Translations under genes and position numbers: made by a program
DNA from: Alphaproteobacteria bacterium
GTDB lineage: Bacteria; Pseudomonadota; Alphaproteobacteria; UBA828
DNA length: 64,000 bases
Assembly: GCA_965221125.1 (NCBI GenBank)
Contig: CBDCRW010000007.1
Coordinates: 192,001-256,000 of the forward strand
Direction of reading: 5' to 3'
Shown: positions 58,809 through 64,000 of the stretch, piece by piece
Layout of the letters: every line of letters begins with the position of its first letter
How positions within the stretch are numbered: the first letter of the stretch is position 1
The notes under the pieces: model-generated
Database searches by the model: none
Told to the model about the DNA's origin: nothing
Seen by the model: only the letters and a program-made list of their open reading frames with translations

Positions 58809-59207
58809 TCATCCGGTGGCCTCGATCCGCTCCATGTCCTCGTCCGAGAGGCCGAAGTGGTGGCCGATCTCGTGGATCAGCACGTGGCGGACGACCTCCT
58901 CCAGGCTGTTGCCGGTCTCGACCCAGTAGTCCAGCAGCGGCCGGCGGTAGAGGAAGATCAGGTCCACGTCCTCGCGCACGTCGTGGACCCCGCTCTGGTC
59001 GAGTGAGACGCCCTGATAGAGGCCGAGCAGGTCGTAGGGGCTCTCCAGCTCCATGTCCTCCTGCACCTCCTCGCTGGGGAAGTCCACGACGCGGATCATC
59101 ACCGGATCGACCCGCGCGCGCAGGAATTCCGGGATGCGGTGGTACTCGCGATCGGCGATCAGCTCGATGTCGGCCGCGCTCGGCGCATGGGTTTTCCGCC
59201 CGCTCAT
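58809..59207 (-). CDS. Zincin-like metallopeptidase family protein
   Basis: LLGLYQG, IFLYRRP, HEIGHHFG. Confidence 0.88.
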   Translation of the reverse strand: MSGRKTHAPSAADIELIADREYHRIPEFLRARVDPVMIRVVDFPSEEVQEDMELESPYDLLGLYQGVSLDQSGVHDVREDVDLIFLYRRPLLDYWVETGNSLEEVVRHVLIHEIGHHFGLSDEDMERIEATG

Positions 59208-59330
59208 GGCGCCAAGCCTAAAGCCAATGGAACCTCAGAGAAATCGCGCGGTGTGGCGGCACGGGTGTGTCCACCTGCGGGGGCGCTATACTGCGCCGCT
59301 TCGACAATCGGAGGCGGGGAGGCCGGAAGG

Positions 59331-60161
59331 GTGAACAACAGGGAAGCGCTGCTGCGCGAGCTGCGCGAGCACGCGCTGCAGATCAGGCGCAACACGTGGC
59401 GGGCGCTGCGTGCGGCGGGCTCCGGCCACATGGGCGGCTCGCTGTCTGCGGCCGACCTGCTCGCCGCGCTCTATTTCCACTACCTGAGGCTCCGCCCCGA
59501 CGAGCCCGACTGGCCGGAGCGCGACCGCTTCGTGCTCTCAAAGGGCCACGCCAACACGGCGCTCGGCGCGGTGCTGGCCCAGGCCGGCTTCGTCGACGAC
59601 GGCTTCATCGACACCTTCTATGGCTTCGAATCCCTCTTCGGCATGCACCCGGACATCAAGGTCCCCGGCGTCGAGATGTCGACCGGCGGCCTCGGTCACG
59701 GCCTCTCCATCGCCCTCGGCATGGCGCTCGGCGCCCGGCTGCAGCAGAACGGCGCGCGCACCGTGGTGATGCTGGGCGACGGCGAGCTGCAGGAAGGCTC
59801 CAACTGGGAGGCGGCGATGGCGGCCGCGCACCTCGCGCCGCTCTCGCTCACCGCCATCGTCGACTACAACAAGGTGCAGCAGAGCGCCCACGTCGCCGAC
59901 CTGCTGGGGCTGGAGCCGCTGGCCGACAAGTGGCGCGCCTTCGGCTGGCAGGTGAGCGAGTGCGACGGGCACGACATGGAGGCCATCGTCGATGCCCTCG
60001 ACGCGCTGCCCACCGCCCCCGACAAGCCCGCGCTCCTCATCGCCCATACGGTGAAGGGCAAGGGCACGAGCTTCGCCGAGGACACCTACCTCTGGCACAA
60101 CAACGCGGTGAGCGAAGAGACCTACGAGAAGGCCATGGCCGAGCTGGGAGGGCAAGCATGA
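59331..60161 (+). CDS. Transketolase N-terminal subunit
   Basis: GHMGGSLS, DRFVLSKGH, GDGELQEG, HTVKGKG; GTG start. Confidence 0.9.
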   Translation: MNNREALLRELREHALQIRRNTWRALRAAGSGHMGGSLSAADLLAALYFHYLRLRPDEPDWPERDRFVLSKGHANTALGAVLAQAGFVDDGFIDTFYGFESLFGMHPDIKVPGVEMSTGGLGHGLSIALGMALGARLQQNGARTVVMLGDGELQEGSNWEAAMAAAHLAPLSLTAIVDYNKVQQSAHVADLLGLEPLADKWRAFGWQVSECDGHDMEAIVDALDALPTAPDKPALLIAHTVKGKGTSFAEDTYLWHNNAVSEETYEKAMAELGGQA

Positions 60162-61138
60162 GCGCGCCGCAGCCGGGCAACGGGGCCGAGCCCGCCTGGG
60201 TCAAGGCGGCGGCCGATCAGTCGCGCCTCGCCTTCGGGCTCGCGGTGACCGAGCTGGGGCGTCGCGACGAGCGCGTGGTGGCGGTCTCCGCCGACACACT
60301 CGACCTGATCGGGCTGCGGGGCTTCATCGACCATGCGCCCGAGCGCGTCATCGACGTCGGCATCGCCGAGCAGAACGCCATGGGCGTGGCCGCCGGCCTC
60401 GCCACCACCGGGCTCCGCCCCTTCGTCTGCGGCTACGCGCCCTTCATCTCGGCGCGCTCCATGGAGCAGGTGCGGAACGAGGTCGCCTACGCCGACCAGC
60501 GCGTGGTGATCGGCGCGGCCGCGAGCGGAGTCTCGCTCGCCGTCTCGGGCGGCACCCACCATGCGCTGGAGGACCTCGCGCTGATGCGGAGCTTCCCCAA
60601 CATGACGGTGCTGGTGCCGGCGGACGCCCACGAGGCGTGGCACGCGACGCTCGCGACCGACGAGATCGACGGCCCCGTCTACCTCCGCCTCGGCGGACGC
60701 GTGCCGGAGCGCCCGGTGACGCCGGTCGATGCGCCCTTCAGCCTGGGCAGGGCCACGCGGCTCGCCGAGGGCTCGGACGTCGCCATCGTCGCCTGCGGCG
60801 CCCTGGTGCCGCAGGCCGTGGATGCGGCGGCCACGCTCGCCGATCAGGGCGTGGGCGCGCGGGTGCTCAACATGTCCACCATCAAGCCCTTGGACGAAGA
60901 CGCCATCCTCGCCGCTGCCGAGGAGACGCGGGGCATCGTGACCGCCGAGGAGCACCACCTCACCGGCGGGCTCGGCGGCGCGGTGGCGGAGCTTCTCGCC
61001 GTGCGCCGGCCGACGCCCATGCGCATGGTCGGCATGCCCGACGAGTTCGCGTGCGTGGGCCCCACCGACAGGATCCGCGCGCGCTACGGCATGAGCGCCG
61101 GGCACATCGTCGACGCCTGCCTCGACCTCTTGGGCTGA
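60158..61138 (+). CDS. Transketolase C-terminal subunit
   Basis: GIAEQNA, GTHHALED, GPVYLRL, EEHHLTGGLG; ATGA overlap. Confidence 0.9.
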   Translation: MSAPQPGNGAEPAWVKAAADQSRLAFGLAVTELGRRDERVVAVSADTLDLIGLRGFIDHAPERVIDVGIAEQNAMGVAAGLATTGLRPFVCGYAPFISARSMEQVRNEVAYADQRVVIGAAASGVSLAVSGGTHHALEDLALMRSFPNMTVLVPADAHEAWHATLATDEIDGPVYLRLGGRVPERPVTPVDAPFSLGRATRLAEGSDVAIVACGALVPQAVDAAATLADQGVGARVLNMSTIKPLDEDAILAAAEETRGIVTAEEHHLTGGLGGAVAELLAVRRPTPMRMVGMPDEFACVGPTDRIRARYGMSAGHIVDACLDLLG

Positions 61139-61254
61139 CCCGCCCGCTCCGGCCGCGCCCTGCTTGCGTCGGCTGCGCGATGGAATGAGAATGGCGGGCG
61201 TTGCCGGGCTGGCTGCCGCGCCATGCCGGCACAATCGGCGTGCGGGAGGCCGGA

Positions 61255-62754
61255 ATGTCGGAGATGCTCGAGCGTTCCGAGTGGTACGACATCGCGCGGG
61301 ACACCAACTGGACGCCCTCCTACGTCTCGCACGAGGAGCTGTTCCCGCCCCAGATGGGGGATCCCTACGACATCCCCGTCGAGGAGTGGGAGACCTTCGA
61401 CGAGCCCTACAAGGTCTCCTACCGCGAGTACGTCAACATCCAGCGCGAGAAGGATTCGGCCGCCTATTCGGTGAAGGCGGCGCTGGCGCGCTCGAAATTC
61501 TACGACCAGGCCGACGAGGGCTGGGCGAGCGTGCTCAAGCTGCACTACGGCGCCGTCGCGCTCACCGAGTACCAGGCCTGCCAGTTCCAGGCGCGGATGT
61601 CCCGCTTCGGCCCGTCGCCGGCCATGCGCAACATGTCGGTCTACGGCATGCTCGACGAGATGCGGCACACCCAGCTGCAGCTCTTCTTCCCGCACGAGCT
61701 GGTCCATCTCGACCGCCAGTACGACTGGGCCCACCAGGCGCAGCACTCCAAGAACTGGGCGGTGCTCGGCGGCCGTCACGCGATGGACGACATCATGATG
61801 ACGCGGGATGCCATCACGTCCTCAGTCATGGTCTCGTTCGCCTTCGAGACCGCGCTCACCAACCTGCAGATGATCGGGCTCTCCACCGACGCCGCCAACC
61901 TGGGCGATCACACCTTCTCGAACCTGATCACCAGCATCCAGTCGGACGAGGCCCGCCACGCCCAGCTCGGCACCCCCACCATCGAGATCATGATCCGCAA
62001 CGGCCGCAAGGAGGAAGCGCAGCAGGCCATGGACATCGCGCTCTGGCGCGTCTGGCGGCTCTTCGCGATCACCGTCGGCATCCCGATGGACTACTACATC
62101 CCGCTCGCGCAGCGGCACATGTCCTTCAAGGAGTTCATGCACGAGTGGGTCATCGACCAGTGGGAGCGGCAGGTGCAGGACCTCGGCCTGGAGCGACCGA
62201 GGTACTGGGACATCTTCCTCCTCGACATCGACAACCACCACCACTGCCAGCAGGGCGGCATCTGGTCCTGGCGGCCGACGGTGTGGTGGAATCCGCCGGG
62301 CGCCGTCGGGCCTGCGGAGCGCGAATGGCTCGAGGAGAAGTACCCCGGCTGGAACGAGAGCTACGGCAGCTACTGGGACGTGATCACCAACAACCTGCTC
62401 CAGGGCCACGAGGAAAAGACGCATCCCCAGTGCATCCCGATCATCTGCAACATGTGCCAGATCCCGATCTCGCACCGGCCGGGGCCGGAATGGGGCGCGC
62501 GGGCGTATCAGCGCGAGTACGGCGAGCGGCGCTACAACTTCTGCACCGAGGTCTGCCGCTGGATCTTCGATACCGACCCGGAGCGCTACAAGGACCACGA
62601 GACCATCGTGGACCGCATGTATTCGGGCGAGATCGACCCGCCGACGCTGGACAACGTGCTCACGTACATGGGCATCGGCGTCATCAGCGAGGGCGGCCGC
62701 GACGGCTACGACTACCGCTGGGTCGAGGGTTTTCGGGCCCAGGCGGCGGAATAG
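61255..62754 (+). CDS. tmoA: Soluble di-iron monooxygenase hydroxylase alpha subunit (toluene monooxygenase type)
   Basis: NWTPSYV, ALTEY, DEMRH, FETAL, DEARH di-iron ligands, WLEEKYPGW, C-terminal YHS-like region. Confidence 0.92.
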   Translation: MSEMLERSEWYDIARDTNWTPSYVSHEELFPPQMGDPYDIPVEEWETFDEPYKVSYREYVNIQREKDSAAYSVKAALARSKFYDQADEGWASVLKLHYGAVALTEYQACQFQARMSRFGPSPAMRNMSVYGMLDEMRHTQLQLFFPHELVHLDRQYDWAHQAQHSKNWAVLGGRHAMDDIMMTRDAITSSVMVSFAFETALTNLQMIGLSTDAANLGDHTFSNLITSIQSDEARHAQLGTPTIEIMIRNGRKEEAQQAMDIALWRVWRLFAITVGIPMDYYIPLAQRHMSFKEFMHEWVIDQWERQVQDLGLERPRYWDIFLLDIDNHHHCQQGGIWSWRPTVWWNPPGAVGPAEREWLEEKYPGWNESYGSYWDVITNNLLQGHEEKTHPQCIPIICNMCQIPISHRPGPEWGARAYQREYGERRYNFCTEVCRWIFDTDPERYKDHETIVDRMYSGEIDPPTLDNVLTYMGIGVISEGGRDGYDYRWVEGFRAQAAE

Positions 62755-62787
62755 CCGGGCGGCATCGGTCGGGTTGTCGAGAGCGGC

Positions 62788-63057
62788 ATGAGCGCGTTCC
62801 CCATCCTGTCGCGCTTCCAGCAGGACGCGCACATCAAGACGGTCGAGATCGAGCCCGGCCAGACCATGGACGAGGTGGCGGCGACCTGCGCCTTCCACTC
62901 GATCGACCTGCACGTGGCGGACAGGCCGGGGCGGACGCTCCGCGTGCGGCCCACCACCGACGACGATTCCGCGCCGCCCTGGCCGCGCGACCTCACCGTA
63001 GAGCGAGCGGGTATCCGCTTCTACGACTGCATCGACATCTATTTCGAAGAGCCCTAG
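62788..63057 (+). CDS. tmoB: Monooxygenase hydroxylase gamma subunit
   Basis: MSAFP...TMDEVA...PRDLTV...ID pattern and position after the alpha subunit. Confidence 0.85.
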   Translation: MSAFPILSRFQQDAHIKTVEIEPGQTMDEVAATCAFHSIDLHVADRPGRTLRVRPTTDDDSAPPWPRDLTVERAGIRFYDCIDIYFEEP

Positions 63058-63101
63058 GCGCTCGCGCGCCGGGGATGCGCGCACCGGAGATGGAGTGACG
63101 C

Positions 63102-63437
63102 ATGGCGTTCAAGAAGGCCTGCACGCTGGACGACATCTGGGAAGGCGACATGGAGACCTTCGACGTGGACGGCACCGAGGTGCTGCTCGTCCACGTCAAA
63201 GACGAGGGCATTCACGCGATCCAGGCCCAGTGCCCGCATCAGGAGGTCGACCTCGTGGACGGCGACCTCGACGGCCGGGTGCTGACCTGCATGATGCACC
63301 TCTGGGAGTTCGACGTGGTGGCTGGCAAGGGGGTCAACCCCGACCATGCCGAGATCGCCCAATACCCGGTCAGGATCGAGGGCGAGGACGTCCTGGTCGA
63401 CGTCGAGGGCATCGAGCCCAAGCACGCCAAGCCCTGA
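63102..63437 (+). CDS. tmoC: Rieske-type ferredoxin of the monooxygenase
   Basis: WEGDM, CPHQ...CMMHLWEFD, GVNP. Confidence 0.9.
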   Translation: MAFKKACTLDDIWEGDMETFDVDGTEVLLVHVKDEGIHAIQAQCPHQEVDLVDGDLDGRVLTCMMHLWEFDVVAGKGVNPDHAEIAQYPVRIEGEDVLVDVEGIEPKHAKP

Positions 63438-63471
63438 CGGCCGGCGGCGGGTCGAGGGGGAAGGAGCGGCG

Positions 63472-63777
63472 ATGAGCGGTGACGGCGCGGCCCGCAAGAA
63501 CATGGTGGGCCCAGTGCTGCGCGTCGGCGAGGTCGCCGATGCCGTGGTCGAGGCCCTGCGGGAGGACAATCCGGATAAGGACTTCGTGGTCGAGGACCGC
63601 GTCGCCTACGTCCGCGCCGAGACCGAGGGCGAATGCGTGGTCCGCGCCGAAACCGTGGCGCAGGTGCTCGGCCGGCCCTTCAGGATCGCCGAGCTGGAGG
63701 TGAACCTCACCTCCTTCTCCGGCCGGATCGAGACCACCGACGACACCATGCGCTTCTACTTCGAGAAGAGGTTGTAG
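63472..63777 (+). CDS. tmoD: Monooxygenase effector/coupling protein (MmoB/DmpM family)
   Basis: VGPVLR, DNP, AYVR, LGRPF, SFSGRI; AAGGAG SD. Confidence 0.9.
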   Translation: MSGDGAARKNMVGPVLRVGEVADAVVEALREDNPDKDFVVEDRVAYVRAETEGECVVRAETVAQVLGRPFRIAELEVNLTSFSGRIETTDDTMRFYFEKRL

Positions 63778-63824
63778 TGGCCCGCGCGAAAGGCTTGCGT
63801 GCTCTCGCGCTCTGCCCCTTCCAC

Positions 63825-63917
63825 GTCATGGCCGGGCTTGTCCCGGCCATCCACGGGCCCGAACGGCCTCGGGAGGTCATCGCTGCGCTGGATGCGCGGA
63901 ACAAGTCCGCGCATGAC
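63825..63917. repeat. Alphaproteobacterial REP-like double-hairpin element
   Basis: GTCATGGCCGGGCTTGTCCCGGCCATCCA ... TGGATGCGCGGAACAAGTCCGCGCATGAC inverted pair. Confidence 0.8.
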
Positions 63918-63954
63918 GGCGTGGGGAGCGGCCGGGTTGCGGTCGGGGTACGGC

Positions 63955-64000
63955 ATGGCGGGTGAGGTGCAAGGCGGGCCGGTGCAGGCCGGGCCGGTCC
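63955..64000 (+). CDS. Probable start of the monooxygenase beta subunit (truncated by window)
   Basis: ATG 63955 in the expected tmoE position; only 15 codons visible, so based on gene order alone. Confidence 0.4.
   Translation, partial: MAGEVQGGPVQAGPV

Noticed and set aside
61139-61254. Sigma54 promoter for the monooxygenase (TGGCGGGCGTTGC)
   Set aside because: GG-to-GC spacing is 8 nt rather than the required 10.

Overview
GC-rich chromosomal window, most likely from an alphaproteobacterium (petABC, type II icd, ybbP-ybbA/tesA-thpR block, Rhizobiales/Rhodospirillales-like palindromic repeats). A marine or host-associated (e.g. sponge) lifestyle is only an inference from gene content. About 55 genes are supported. 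They include acyl-CoA ligases with a beta-oxidation operon, an epimerase/DHDPS-like/M24 cluster, an omega-aminotransferase with a hydantoinase/oxoprolinase pair, cytochrome bc1, fhs, a lipidated S8 protease, icd, an acidic-repeat LysM protein, a ferredoxin reductase, an amidase, a sugar ABC transporter, korAB, a split transketolase, and the first four genes of a toluene-monooxygenase-type soluble di-iron monooxygenase running off the right edge. Two candidates stand out as possibly undescribed systems. (1) A lower-GC module (~14.7-23.0 kb) couples an MpaB/Lcp-like heme oxygenase to a secreted TPR protein and an MMPL + LolA-like + outer-membrane barrel trio; it lies between MITE-like elements and is followed by a truncated crotonase gene tail and an orphan higA. 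(2) A divergent group 1 di-iron monooxygenase has a remodelled substrate pocket and a phenol-hydroxylase-like four-cysteine site. No rRNA, tRNA, CRISPR array, integrase or transposase was recognised. All family assignments come from motif reading and memory of reference proteins, not database searches.
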